64,000 nt of DNA. Source: a virus (lineage: Duplodnaviria > Caudoviricetes). The notes beneath the pieces were generated by a model. It was given only the letters and a program-made list of their open reading frames with translations. It ran no database searches and was not told the DNA's origin. Positions 38,648-48,610 of this stretch are shown here, piece after piece; the first letter of the stretch is position 1; every line of letters begins with the position of its first letter. Location of the stretch: positions 16,898-80,897 of IMG/VR virus record IMGVR_UViG_3300033062_001341; one strand, given 5' to 3'. A program made the position numbers and the translations under genes.

Positions 38648-39775
38648 ATGTCAGTAATTCCAGAACCAGAAAGGTCGAAAATATACACTAGAGTCAAACA
38701 CTTATTAGGTGCTCCTTTAAGAAGTGTTGAGGTAGAAGATGAAATGATGGATTCACTTATGGAACTATCTATTCAAGATTATGAAGAATACATTCTTCAG
38801 TGGTTAATTGATAGTCAATGGGTTAACTTAGTTAATCTTAACATGAGTGAAAAATCTGTTGCTAAAGCTCTTGTTACTAGAACAATGGATTTTGAACAAC
38901 AATTCGCATATTCATATTCTAAAATCGTAGGACTTCAAACAATGGGTCCTTGGGTTTTAAAGAAAGATTATTTCATACTTGAAAAAAATAGACAAAACTA
39001 CGAAATTCCTGCGGGTCGTGAGGTTAATGAACTTTTATGGTTTAGTAATCAACCATGGAACGCATTTGGATTAGGTGGTGTTGGTGGATTTGGTATGGGT
39101 GGTATTGGATTAGGTGCCAGTGAAGCAGGTTATGCTCAAATGGGATACCAAGGTTCTTATTTTATGATGTCAGGTTTTGATTATCTAATAAGAATGCAAG
39201 AGGCGAATATCCTTAATAGAATTTTGGGTGGTTCATTAACTTATAGAATAACAGGATTACCTGATGGTAAAAAGAATGTTTTCTTATACAATACACCAGG
39301 AGGAAGATTCAACTGGAATCAATATAGTGATTACGAAGGAAAAGCTGTTTGGTATTGGTATTATGACGTAGGTCCTGATGATAGAGCCGCTTGTTTAAAG
39401 GCAAATAAAGACATTATCAAACTACCAACAGACGTACCATTAGAAGAGCTCACTTGGGAAGAATTAAACGTTCCTGGTAAACAATGGGTTAGAAGATGGT
39501 TCACCGCATATGTTAAAGAAACATTAGCAAGAGTAAGAGGAAAGTATAGTGGAAATTTAAAAACACCAGACTCTGAAATTACTATGGATTATACAAGTTT
39601 ATTAACCGAAGCGAAAGATGAAAAATCTAAATTGTTAGAAGAACTAATAGGAGCTGAAGGTTGGTTAACAAGATTGAGACCTGAAAAAGTAATGGAAAGA
39701 GAAGCATCAATTGCTGAAAACTTAAACAAACAAATGAAATTTAGAGCAATGCCTCGTCAAATTTACGTAATCTAA
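38648..39775 (+). CDS. Neck / head-tail adaptor (T4 gp13-like)
   Basis: RVKHLLGAPLRSVEVEDEMMDSLMELSIQDY; KETLARVRGKY. Confidence 0.75.
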   Translation: MSVIPEPERSKIYTRVKHLLGAPLRSVEVEDEMMDSLMELSIQDYEEYILQWLIDSQWVNLVNLNMSEKSVAKALVTRTMDFEQQFAYSYSKIVGLQTMGPWVLKKDYFILEKNRQNYEIPAGREVNELLWFSNQPWNAFGLGGVGGFGMGGIGLGASEAGYAQMGYQGSYFMMSGFDYLIRMQEANILNRILGGSLTYRITGLPDGKKNVFLYNTPGGRFNWNQYSDYEGKAVWYWYYDVGPDDRAACLKANKDIIKLPTDVPLEELTWEELNVPGKQWVRRWFTAYVKETLARVRGKYSGNLKTPDSEITMDYTSLLTEAKDEKSKLLEELIGAEGWLTRLRPEKVMEREASIAENLNKQMKFRAMPRQIYVI

Positions 39776-39779
39776 TTTT

Positions 39780-40115
39780 ATGGCAATAGTAAAAACAATA
39801 CCTTCGAGAAGAATTATAAACGGGATGCAAATCACAACATCCGAAATCTCAGTGGTTTCCGAATTAGATTATCGTACAAACGGTGAATCGTGTGTTATTG
39901 TAACTGGTATACCTTTTTCAGTTGTTATACTTGATTCACGAACAACTGACCATGTCGTAGTCAAGTCTATGACACAACTCACAATCAGACCCGACACGGG
40001 TAAGATTGATGAGGATTACGATGAAATAGTAATGGACAGATATGCCTGTGTTGAATTTAGATTTGTCGGTGGTACTTGGTATATCTTATCAAGCGATGGT
40101 TTGAAAAACTCCTAA
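39780..40115 (+). CDS. Hypothetical beta-rich protein, possibly virion
   Basis: 111 aa, follows gp13-like gene. Confidence 0.5.
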   Translation: MAIVKTIPSRRIINGMQITTSEISVVSELDYRTNGESCVIVTGIPFSVVILDSRTTDHVVVKSMTQLTIRPDTGKIDEDYDEIVMDRYACVEFRFVGGTWYILSSDGLKNS

Positions 40116-42890
40116 TTTCTCTTCCCACCCTTCTTCAGCTAAGTCGTACATGTAATCAGGTTTCAGACCTCTTTTTTCCCAATAACGTAATTCGGCCTCA
40201 GTGATATCCATAACGTCTTTTTGTAAGTCGTCTTGGTCACCCTCACCTAATGGATGTCCATTTATTAATTCACATTGTGATGTTGTAAAAATTCCTCTAT
40301 CTAAAGGATTATCAACAATTAAATTATTTCTAACCTCATCTTGAAACACTACCATTAACGGCTCGATTCTTTTATTGAATGTTGTTATTGCTCTTGGAAC
40401 ATTATAATCACCTGTTAAGTCGGGGTCTTTATCCAAAATATCTTTATCTAACATATAACAATTAATCATAACACCGTCGGTGATTGGTTTCGCTTTAGGG
40501 TCATTAAATTGATTAACTAAGTTGGTGTCTTTAATTTGTTTCGCTGTCATCTTCTGAACGTCTCCCTGAGACGCTTTGGTCCCGTTATTAACATACAGAA
40601 TAACATCTCCCAAATTCACATTTAATTTTTCTCTGATGGCCAATTCCATATGAGCCATTCTACTCATACTATTACCTGCCTTGGTTTTAGTATTTAATCT
40701 TTTCTCATAATCCTCAAGGGTTAGCTTAACCTTCGCTCTTTGAGCAATCTTACTCAACGGAATTTTCTTATCATAAATCATTTGGAGATACTCATAATAA
40801 TATTCTACGAATGCCTTACCATTACCTTCTAATAACATCTTAACACCTTTATCCAAAAACGTCTCGATATACAACGGAAGTTTTTTAGACTTAATACTAT
40901 TACCTGTTAGTTTAATTTTACCCTTGGCATCCATAACCGCATAGTTCTTACGAGCCAAGTTAATACAAGACGGCCACACCCCATCGGTATCGAGAGCCAT
41001 CTCACCTCTCATAAAGATATCATTATACTCCGCAACATCTGCCTCAGGACCATAATACTCCTTACCCAACTCAACCTTCCAATTCAATCCACGACCAACG
41101 TAAACTCTGTCTTTGGCGTCATCAGGAGTGGAGAAGTTCACACCATCCGTATCCATTACCAAAGGGACATAACCTTTGGTCATAAAAAACTTAATCATCT
41201 GACGAAGGTATTGTCTACCTGTACAAGTGATTTGTTCTCCCATATACATATCACCCCACGCATACACCTGAGGCGCAGACAAAGCTCCGAACATCGAGTT
41301 AATAAAAATCTTAATCGGTAATTGTTTATTACCATATGATTCGGACTTCTTACGGTCGATGTTATAAAACTCTTCAGCAAGTTGTTTGTATTTGATACGG
41401 GTGTTACGGAAATAACTTAACATACCTTTCATCGCACCTGTTACATCACAGTCGGGGAATACATCGTGTACGAGCTGAATAGAGGGGTATAGAGACGAGA
41501 AGTCAAGTTTAAGTACGTTCTTACTATAACCAACCTTAAGTAGTCGAGAAAGACCTCCTACGAAGTCTGTCTTGGATTCCTTGGCTGGTATTGCAAGTCC
41601 GTGTTTATGGGACCACGCCAACATCAACATCTTCCATAGTGTTGCGGTACCCATTGTGGATACTCTCTCATAAGTTGTTGGAATCATTGCAGCAAGTAAA
41701 AATGAACCCTGATTAAATTCTTGGTCAACCTTTAAAGTTTCATCTAAGTCATCATCAAGATATCTCTCAACAATATTATCTCCTGTTGTTTTAATATAAA
41801 CGTCAGTTCTCTTTTCACAAATCTCATCAATCTTTGGGTCAAACTTTGCTTTTCTGTAATTACCATTTTGTATATTCAACCAATAATCCTCTTTATTTGT
41901 ATACATTTTTCCAATGTTCTCGTGGTCGATATAAACACGGTCAGGAGCCTCAGCATTAATAAACTTTGTAATATACTTCAAACCCGCAGCTTTGATACTT
42001 GAGTTAATTGCTTGAGCTCTACGAACTGCGTGAATAATATCAATTACGTTATAACCCCAAATGGATGTCTGAACATATTCTTCTACCTCATTTGCAAGTT
42101 TCAACATACTATCTTTTCTTGTGAATGAATGTTCGGGATGTAATGACTTACATATCTTCTTCGGGTCAATACCTAAGATTCTACATCTTTCAAATATCCA
42201 ATGCCAGTCGAAGTTCGCTGAGTTATACCCACCAATAATACTTGGTTTTATTTCATTAATAATATTAAAGAATTCTATGATGGCACCCATCTCTTGGGAC
42301 TCATCCATACATTCGATAACCTTGTGGTAACCCTTATTTGTTTTAATTCCAATCATGAAGATACGACCGTCCTTTGGTTCAAGAGCAGTCGTTTCCAAGT
42401 CATACACAAGTCGAGTCACTTCTTCATAGTTTTCAAAACCTTTGAATAGTCTTTTTTCTTTGGAAATCAAATATTGTTCTACAGGAGGTAGAATCATAAC
42501 TTTATCCTTTGTCCTATCACCCCACGGGTCACAACCACCGTCTCTGAAGAACTGAATAAGTTCTCTATAACCTTTAAGAGATTTAACCATATAGGTCATA
42601 CCTTTCTCTAATCTCTCGTTACCGTGTGTTTCTAATTTGTCTATGACGATACCGTGTTTGGTCATCGCCTCTTTTTGTAATGCTTTAGAATCATTATAGA
42701 ACTTAATACCACGTAAATCACCTACCCACGCAAATGGTGTGAACGTATCTTTACGTATTTCTTTTCCTTTACCAGGGATTTCTTTGATTTTGTAAATGCA
42801 GTTTTCGCGATAGTCGTACTCGATGGCGACAATAAACTCTTCGGGGTCGTTTCCGTGTAAAAACGATTCAATCTCTTCGTCAGATATCAT
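40089..42890 (-). CDS. Family B DNA polymerase with 3'-5' exonuclease
   Basis: YDLETT, YNSANFD, DFSSLYPS, KIFINSMFG, MDTDG. Confidence 0.95.
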   Translation of the reverse strand: MISDEEIESFLHGNDPEEFIVAIEYDYRENCIYKIKEIPGKGKEIRKDTFTPFAWVGDLRGIKFYNDSKALQKEAMTKHGIVIDKLETHGNERLEKGMTYMVKSLKGYRELIQFFRDGGCDPWGDRTKDKVMILPPVEQYLISKEKRLFKGFENYEEVTRLVYDLETTALEPKDGRIFMIGIKTNKGYHKVIECMDESQEMGAIIEFFNIINEIKPSIIGGYNSANFDWHWIFERCRILGIDPKKICKSLHPEHSFTRKDSMLKLANEVEEYVQTSIWGYNVIDIIHAVRRAQAINSSIKAAGLKYITKFINAEAPDRVYIDHENIGKMYTNKEDYWLNIQNGNYRKAKFDPKIDEICEKRTDVYIKTTGDNIVERYLDDDLDETLKVDQEFNQGSFLLAAMIPTTYERVSTMGTATLWKMLMLAWSHKHGLAIPAKESKTDFVGGLSRLLKVGYSKNVLKLDFSSLYPSIQLVHDVFPDCDVTGAMKGMLSYFRNTRIKYKQLAEEFYNIDRKKSESYGNKQLPIKIFINSMFGALSAPQVYAWGDMYMGEQITCTGRQYLRQMIKFFMTKGYVPLVMDTDGVNFSTPDDAKDRVYVGRGLNWKVELGKEYYGPEADVAEYNDIFMRGEMALDTDGVWPSCINLARKNYAVMDAKGKIKLTGNSIKSKKLPLYIETFLDKGVKMLLEGNGKAFVEYYYEYLQMIYDKKIPLSKIAQRAKVKLTLEDYEKRLNTKTKAGNSMSRMAHMELAIREKLNVNLGDVILYVNNGTKASQGDVQKMTAKQIKDTNLVNQFNDPKAKPITDGVMINCYMLDKDILDKDPDLTGDYNVPRAITTFNKRIEPLMVVFQDEVRNNLIVDNPLDRGIFTTSQCELINGHPLGEGDQDDLQKDVMDITEAELRYWEKRGLKPDYMYDLAEEGWEEKLGVFQTIA

Positions 42891-42900
42891 AATATATTTT

Positions 42901-42949
42901 TTAAAGTGGTCTATTAGCTTTCACGATATGTGAAATTTACCTTCTTTAA
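42901..42949 (-). promoter_or_regulatory. Structured 5' leader of the DNA polymerase gene
   Basis: Nested pairings TTAAAG/CTTTAA, GGT/ACC, TTTCAC/GTGAAA ending 10 nt before the ATG. Confidence 0.5.
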
Positions 42950-42980
42950 TAAATATAAAAATTAGATTCGATTAATCAAA

Positions 42981-43361
42981 TTAACAACACGCAGTTTCAG
43001 AAATAAAACTATCTTGGATATTAATATACAACTCTTCTCTGATAGGCAAAATTAAACTACCCTCATCGTTTTTAATTAAGAATTGACCCTGATATCTGCC
43101 AGGAGTATTGGTATCCATAGAAGTAAATTGGTAATAAATGTAATACTCAGTTGGAGCACCATCTTCCGCAAATATAAGCGGAACAATATAACAAGGTGCC
43201 GAAACAATCTTGGGTATACCATTGTATACATCAACCATTGAGAAAAAAATAGTTGAAACTTCTAAGTCTTGCATTAACTGAATGTATCCAGCTCTTCCGT
43301 CTTTTACAACCTGCATTTTTAAAACAGGTAGGGTTGCATTTTTCTTAATATAAAATTCCAT
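42981..43361 (-). CDS. Small Ig-like/BppU-like structural protein
   Basis: MEFYIKKNATLP...DTNTPGRYQGQF...LILP; start trimmed to ATG 43361. Confidence 0.5.
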   Translation of the reverse strand: MEFYIKKNATLPVLKMQVVKDGRAGYIQLMQDLEVSTIFFSMVDVYNGIPKIVSAPCYIVPLIFAEDGAPTEYYIYYQFTSMDTNTPGRYQGQFLIKNDEGSLILPIREELYINIQDSFISETACC

Positions 43362-43377
43362 AACAATAAATATATTG

Positions 43378-45048
43378 TTATGACTCTTTACGTAAACCCC
43401 CGTCATAATGTTCGAATCTATTATGTTCAGTTGGGGTTAAAAGTAATAAACCAGGATATAATTCATCTTTTTTAACTAACTGATACATATGACTCATCCA
43501 TGTTTGTTCGAATGGGTGTGCCCATGTTGTGTCTAAGAACATCTTCCGATTTCCGGTTCTACTAACTATCTGAGGCCAATTACAATAATAAACTTCACCC
43601 ACAGCATAGGGCATACCTTTATGTGATAAGACAGCATCAAATTTAGTTTTTGGTGCATTTGGGTCTAAACCTTGAACAGGTAATCTGTTTTTACCTGGCC
43701 AAAATTCTTCTCTTATATGTTGAGGTACGTTATACCAAGACCATTGAGTTCCATTGTCTCCGTAAAATTCTGAGTAATTGAGTTTTAAGAAATCAAAATT
43801 TTCTTTTTTCATAACCTCTAATGACTTAGTGTATAGGTTTGGAACAAATCTATTGAAACCGTTTCTACAAACTCCTTCATTGGGATAAAAGAACATATCA
43901 TCTTCAAAGAATAAATAATAATCTAAATCTGTCGTTTCAAAATGTTCTGCTATAAATTGTCTTCCACCACATATTCCCAAATTATCTTTTTTGATATGTG
44001 TAAAATTATGCTGTTCACAAAGTTTAGCATATTCTTCAAATGTAGATTCGTCAGAAGAGTTGTCTAATAAAAACTTTTCAGTTTTGAGTAAGTAATCTTT
44101 ATCATACTCAGTCATTGATTTAATTAAAGTTCTTAATTGATTTGGGCTGTTAAATGTTATAACATATAGTCCGACTTTATTCGTATCTAAATTATTTGTA
44201 ACAACAACCTTACTTTCGTTTTTAGTTTTAAGAGTATCATTTTTTAAATCTTCAAAAAACTTACCAATTAAACCGTTTGATTCAATATCAAAATAATTTA
44301 TAATATCAGAATGTTTATAACACATGATACTGAAAATAGATTCTTCGGTACCCATATATCCTTCATCTAAGGTTGTCTTTAATAATGAATAGTAAATTCC
44401 ATTAATATCACTAATAGAATCTTTAGGTCCTCCAAAGAATCCACCTCTAGCAACTTTTGTTACTTTATCACCAGCAATTGAATTTAATTTGTTGTATTCA
44501 AATCCATGAATTTCGGTCTCAGCATCGTAAGGGAAACAAACAAACGAAAACTTAGAAATATGTTTAGATAATTTATCTAAAACTTTATCGTGAGTAAAAT
44601 AACCAGGGTGAACAGTATTTGTTAAACCACCATCAATCCAAAACAAATATTCTGAATTGAATTGGTCCATGATTTTAGCATCATTAAGTAAGAATACTTT
44701 GGACATTACAAGAGGATTATAATTTTCTAATCTTGCTTGAGTAGATTCCTTTAACCAACCAACTTGGTTTGACCAAGATTCGTTAGTTCTAATCTTTTGA
44801 ATCATATCAAAAAACTCATTGTTTCTAAACCAATCTAATGGTCTTGTGATAAATTGAGTGTTTTCTCTACTTCTTTTACTAAAGACAAAATCTTTTAATT
44901 CTTCTTCACCAAAAATTATCATATTAGCATCAACCTCTAACAATTGTGAAAATTTATCCAAATAGTGTTGGAATGGTCTTGACCATCCTTCTTGTAATCC
45001 ATCTCTACCGATATTCCATATACCGGTTACTAAAGTTATTTTACTCAT
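43378..45048 (-). CDS. Two-domain glycosyltransferase (HtrL/WlaTC-like + GT-A)
   Basis: YLFWIDGG, RGGFFGG, GTEESIF; second domain LYVITFN...FFEDD. Confidence 0.7.
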   Translation of the reverse strand: MSKITLVTGIWNIGRDGLQEGWSRPFQHYLDKFSQLLEVDANMIIFGEEELKDFVFSKRSRENTQFITRPLDWFRNNEFFDMIQKIRTNESWSNQVGWLKESTQARLENYNPLVMSKVFLLNDAKIMDQFNSEYLFWIDGGLTNTVHPGYFTHDKVLDKLSKHISKFSFVCFPYDAETEIHGFEYNKLNSIAGDKVTKVARGGFFGGPKDSISDINGIYYSLLKTTLDEGYMGTEESIFSIMCYKHSDIINYFDIESNGLIGKFFEDLKNDTLKTKNESKVVVTNNLDTNKVGLYVITFNSPNQLRTLIKSMTEYDKDYLLKTEKFLLDNSSDESTFEEYAKLCEQHNFTHIKKDNLGICGGRQFIAEHFETTDLDYYLFFEDDMFFYPNEGVCRNGFNRFVPNLYTKSLEVMKKENFDFLKLNYSEFYGDNGTQWSWYNVPQHIREEFWPGKNRLPVQGLDPNAPKTKFDAVLSHKGMPYAVGEVYYCNWPQIVSRTGNRKMFLDTTWAHPFEQTWMSHMYQLVKKDELYPGLLLLTPTEHNRFEHYDGGLRKES

Positions 45049-45922
45049 AAATTCTATTAAATTCTTCTAATATTTTATAAAAACTTTTATTTTGTTCGAA
45101 CATCTCATCAGATACTCCTGAAGGAGAATTACCCTTATACCACCATATATCAAAATGTTTTCTTATAAATAAATCTCTATGATTCACGTACATCAAACTC
45201 ATTATCTGTTCTTCATGAGGTAATCCCTCATCTTCAGTTAATACGTTCTCAATATAATTTTCAAACATATTAACTATAGTATCCCATTTGTCTCTGTGAC
45301 CTCCAAACATACCACCGATGATATGAATACTTCTATCATACTCAGTATACCATTTAGAATTCACTGTTCCCGACCAATAGTTCCTATCATTCTCTTTACC
45401 TAAGATTAAAAATTTATCACCAGTATCCTCAATCACATTTTTTAAAAAATCATTACTGAACATATTACTTTCATAATATCTTGCTTGAGGATGTTCTCCA
45501 AGCAAATATTTTGGTGGAATTAACCCACAATGAGAGAATCCAGCATCAATCCAATAATAATAATCATAAGATTTATCCTCATTCCACCACCAATGAAACT
45601 TAGAATATTGAATTTCCACACATCTGTCCCCTTGTTTTATTTGGTCTACATTTTTTCTTTTACTAATTAAATCTTTAAATTTAGTATCACGAATATTAAA
45701 AACTTGAAACTTTAATTTTTCTTCTGAAATTTTATTATCTGTATAAAAAAATTCTTTTAATGATTCTATTTCTCTATCCGATGTATAACATAAAAAATCA
45801 GCGTCCGTCATTTTTAATAATGACAATAAACTATACCTATAATGACCATTTCTACCTGTTCTACCACCTAATTCTGTTCCGTGTAAATCACTATAAATCG
45901 AAGTTATAAATTTAACTGACAT
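45041..45922 (-). CDS. HtrL/WlaTC-like glycosyltransferase
   Basis: YYWIDAG, IIGGMFGG, EEQIMS; paralogous to the N-domain of the downstream gene. Confidence 0.7.
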   Translation of the reverse strand: MSVKFITSIYSDLHGTELGGRTGRNGHYRYSLLSLLKMTDADFLCYTSDREIESLKEFFYTDNKISEEKLKFQVFNIRDTKFKDLISKRKNVDQIKQGDRCVEIQYSKFHWWWNEDKSYDYYYWIDAGFSHCGLIPPKYLLGEHPQARYYESNMFSNDFLKNVIEDTGDKFLILGKENDRNYWSGTVNSKWYTEYDRSIHIIGGMFGGHRDKWDTIVNMFENYIENVLTEDEGLPHEEQIMSLMYVNHRDLFIRKHFDIWWYKGNSPSGVSDEMFEQNKSFYKILEEFNRIYE

Positions 45923-46658
45923 AATATTGAACGTGTTTTTTTTCTTGTTTTATTTTTTCATTTCCCTCTTCACTCTTAAATTCATTTGGAAGTTTCTTAG
46001 GAGAATATAAATTCCAATTGTATATTTGAGTGTAGAAGTTATTATACATACCATGAGAAACATCAGAATACGAATTTCTTTGCGGTGCAATTGGTAATGC
46101 GGCACAATAACTTTGAAACTTTGGATAAATAAAATTAACAAGATACCCATCTATTGGAAAATAATAATCACCTGATTCAGTAAATGCGGTTGAAGCAATA
46201 TTAAACATTTCATCATATACTGACTTGTCATAGATTAAAATATTTGTTGCAAATGTTTCAGTATGAACTACATTTTCCTTAGGAGGAAGGTTTGTGATAT
46301 CCAACAATAAATCATATTTATCACTCGAATTAAGTTTCCTATTTAAAGTTGGGGTTATATTAAACACACCAAATTCAATACCCTCAATTTGTTTTTCAAT
46401 ATCATCCAAAAGGGATTTAGCGTAGGGCATGAAGACGCAATCGTCTTCAATAACCATAACTCTATCGTACCCTCTTTCTTTGGCAATTTTAATAATTTCC
46501 AAATGAGATAAGGTACAACCCATATAACTGTTTCTATTTATCGCGTTGAACTTGTCAAACTCCCAACCAATATAATCCATCTCTTTTTTTATAAGCTCAA
46601 GATTATCAGGTCTTGTTTCTAAGTTAACAACAAACTTTGGTATTTCATTAAATTTCAT
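45912..46658 (-). CDS. GT25-family glycosyltransferase
   Basis: FVVNLETRPD, GCTLSH, VMVIEDD. Confidence 0.8.
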   Translation of the reverse strand: MKFNEIPKFVVNLETRPDNLELIKKEMDYIGWEFDKFNAINRNSYMGCTLSHLEIIKIAKERGYDRVMVIEDDCVFMPYAKSLLDDIEKQIEGIEFGVFNITPTLNRKLNSSDKYDLLLDITNLPPKENVVHTETFATNILIYDKSVYDEMFNIASTAFTESGDYYFPIDGYLVNFIYPKFQSYCAALPIAPQRNSYSDVSHGMYNNFYTQIYNWNLYSPKKLPNEFKSEEGNEKIKQEKKHVQYYVS

Positions 46659-47923
46659 TAACTAACGTTGTTGTGGTTTAATTGACCCGTTAACCTATCA
46701 CACCAACCTTTTGATTCTGAGTGAGGCCAAACAACCCAATAAGTAGGTAATTCTGTGGTTTGGAATTCTCTCCAAACCTTACAATATCCGTCAGGGTCTC
46801 TCATGAAACCAGCAATTTCATTCTTATCCGCATCTCTTCTATGTAAAGTCTCGTCTTTTGCGTTATGGAATGCAACCACCCAAAAATCATAATCTTTTTC
46901 AGGAACACTTGAATAACCAACGTCAATACAATGTTTGTATATTGTTGCAAAACTATCTTTCCATTCTTCCTCTGTTTCAAAATTATAAGGACTTGGTGGA
47001 TATTGTTTATCTAAACAATGTTTGTCGATTGCTCTTCTTTCGAATAACAAACCAGAATATTTTTCGTAGTCCCTTAGTGTTCTAACAGTACCAAAACCAT
47101 AAGGACCATCATGACCTTCTTGAATTTCTCCATCCATACCAAATAATTTTCTATTTGTTAAGTGTGATATTCTATTTTTTTCACCCCAAGTCTTATCATC
47201 ATCCCATTGTTTAGTTCTACCTTTACGAGTGTACTCGTGGTAAACAACAGGAATATGTGGGTGGAATAAATCGTAACCCCATGTGTAAGCTCTTGCTGCG
47301 ATTGAAATCTCTTCTCCGTGGAAATAATACTCAGGATTGTGTTGAACTTCTTTTGAAAATTCTCCTAACGTAAAACAGAAGTGAGCAGAATAGAACCTTG
47401 CTGTAACGGGTTTTGTCATTTCTCTCCAACCTGGAATTGTTTCAGGTAAGAAGAACACCGCACCTTCAGGAATAAATCTATCAAACGCCATTCTCCAAGC
47501 ATCAGTTGCTCTTCCTTGTGGGTCATTTTCAGGGTCAAAGGAAGGTACATAACCCGTAAGTAGAGGTTTCTTATACCCATCCTTTTGTAACCCTTTTATC
47601 ATTTTAATTAGGATATCATCCCAATCTTTAACAAATCTCATGTGAGAATCAATTTGCATTGTATAAGTCTCACCATCATACAATTGTTGAGTTAAATTTC
47701 TTGCCCAACAAACCCCTCTTGCATCTTGATATGGAATATCTAGAATTTTAAATCTTTTATCTTTTCTAAATTCATCAAGGTTATCGAAACCATCGGTTTC
47801 ACTGAATTGTCTTGCGATTGAAAAAACCAAATTTTTTGGTTTCTTGGCATTTGCAATCATATCTTTTAAAGTTGGGATTAATTGTGGGTCCCTGTATGAT
47901 GCGATTTGAATAAAAATTTTCAT
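46658..47923 (-). CDS. GT60-like polypeptide/hydroxyproline alpha-GlcNAc transferase (Gnt1/OGNT-like)
   Basis: IFIQIASYRDP, RGVCWAR, QIDSHMRF...WD, FYSAHF, YFHGEEI...RAYTWGYDLFHP. Confidence 0.8.
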   Translation of the reverse strand: MKIFIQIASYRDPQLIPTLKDMIANAKKPKNLVFSIARQFSETDGFDNLDEFRKDKRFKILDIPYQDARGVCWARNLTQQLYDGETYTMQIDSHMRFVKDWDDILIKMIKGLQKDGYKKPLLTGYVPSFDPENDPQGRATDAWRMAFDRFIPEGAVFFLPETIPGWREMTKPVTARFYSAHFCFTLGEFSKEVQHNPEYYFHGEEISIAARAYTWGYDLFHPHIPVVYHEYTRKGRTKQWDDDKTWGEKNRISHLTNRKLFGMDGEIQEGHDGPYGFGTVRTLRDYEKYSGLLFERRAIDKHCLDKQYPPSPYNFETEEEWKDSFATIYKHCIDVGYSSVPEKDYDFWVVAFHNAKDETLHRRDADKNEIAGFMRDPDGYCKVWREFQTTELPTYWVVWPHSESKGWCDRLTGQLNHNNVS

Positions 47924-47979
47924 CTATAATATATTTTATCATAAAAATAAAAAACTTAATCTAATAATACATATTTTTA

Positions 47980-48534
47980 TCAAATCTTATTCCCTTTTTT
48001 TAAGTTTTCTGTTTTCCATAAAGGTTGTAGATTAGTAAAATGACATAACTTTAAAATTTCTACTTCGTCCGATGATGATGAAAGGGGAATAATATGGTCA
48101 ATATGCCATTCGCCATAATTATCCCAACTCATTTTAGGTTCAAATTTGTTTTCCAAAAATAATTTTAATTCCGTCTGATTACATCCAACAATTTCACTTG
48201 TTTTATTTTTTTTGTTAAATTTTTTTTGATTTAAAAATTCTCTTATTCTGCATCTTATATTATGGTTCATTTTGAAGATTGGGTCGGAGTTATATTTTTT
48301 CATCCAAGTATTATTATTTTTTTGGTAATTAATTATTTTTAAAATAATTTTTTCCTTGTTCTGTTGGTAATAGTTTTTACGATATTTTTTGTTTTCCTCA
48401 ATTTTTTCCAAATAATTCATTTGTTTATATTTTTTTTCACATTCTTTACACTGACTGTAATAAATTCCTCGGTCTTTTCTAAATCTGAAATTACATAGTT
48501 CTTTTTCTATATTACATTTTTTACATATCTTCAT
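47980..48534 (-). CDS. Free-standing HNH endonuclease
   Basis: CKKC/CKEC; WHIDHIIPLSS...LCHFTNLQPLWKTENLKKGN; start trimmed to MKICKKC. Confidence 0.75.
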   Translation of the reverse strand: MKICKKCNIEKELCNFRFRKDRGIYYSQCKECEKKYKQMNYLEKIEENKKYRKNYYQQNKEKIILKIINYQKNNNTWMKKYNSDPIFKMNHNIRCRIREFLNQKKFNKKNKTSEIVGCNQTELKLFLENKFEPKMSWDNYGEWHIDHIIPLSSSSDEVEILKLCHFTNLQPLWKTENLKKGNKI

Positions 48535-48610
48535 ACAATATAAATATACCATAAACAAAAAACCCTCCACAAAAAGATGAAGGGTTTTTAGTTATATTAT
48601 TTTTTTAATT

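Noticed and set aside
48558-48590. Possible terminator AAAAACCCT...AGGGTTTTT
   Set aside because: Stem is mostly A/T with a large imperfect loop; insufficient support
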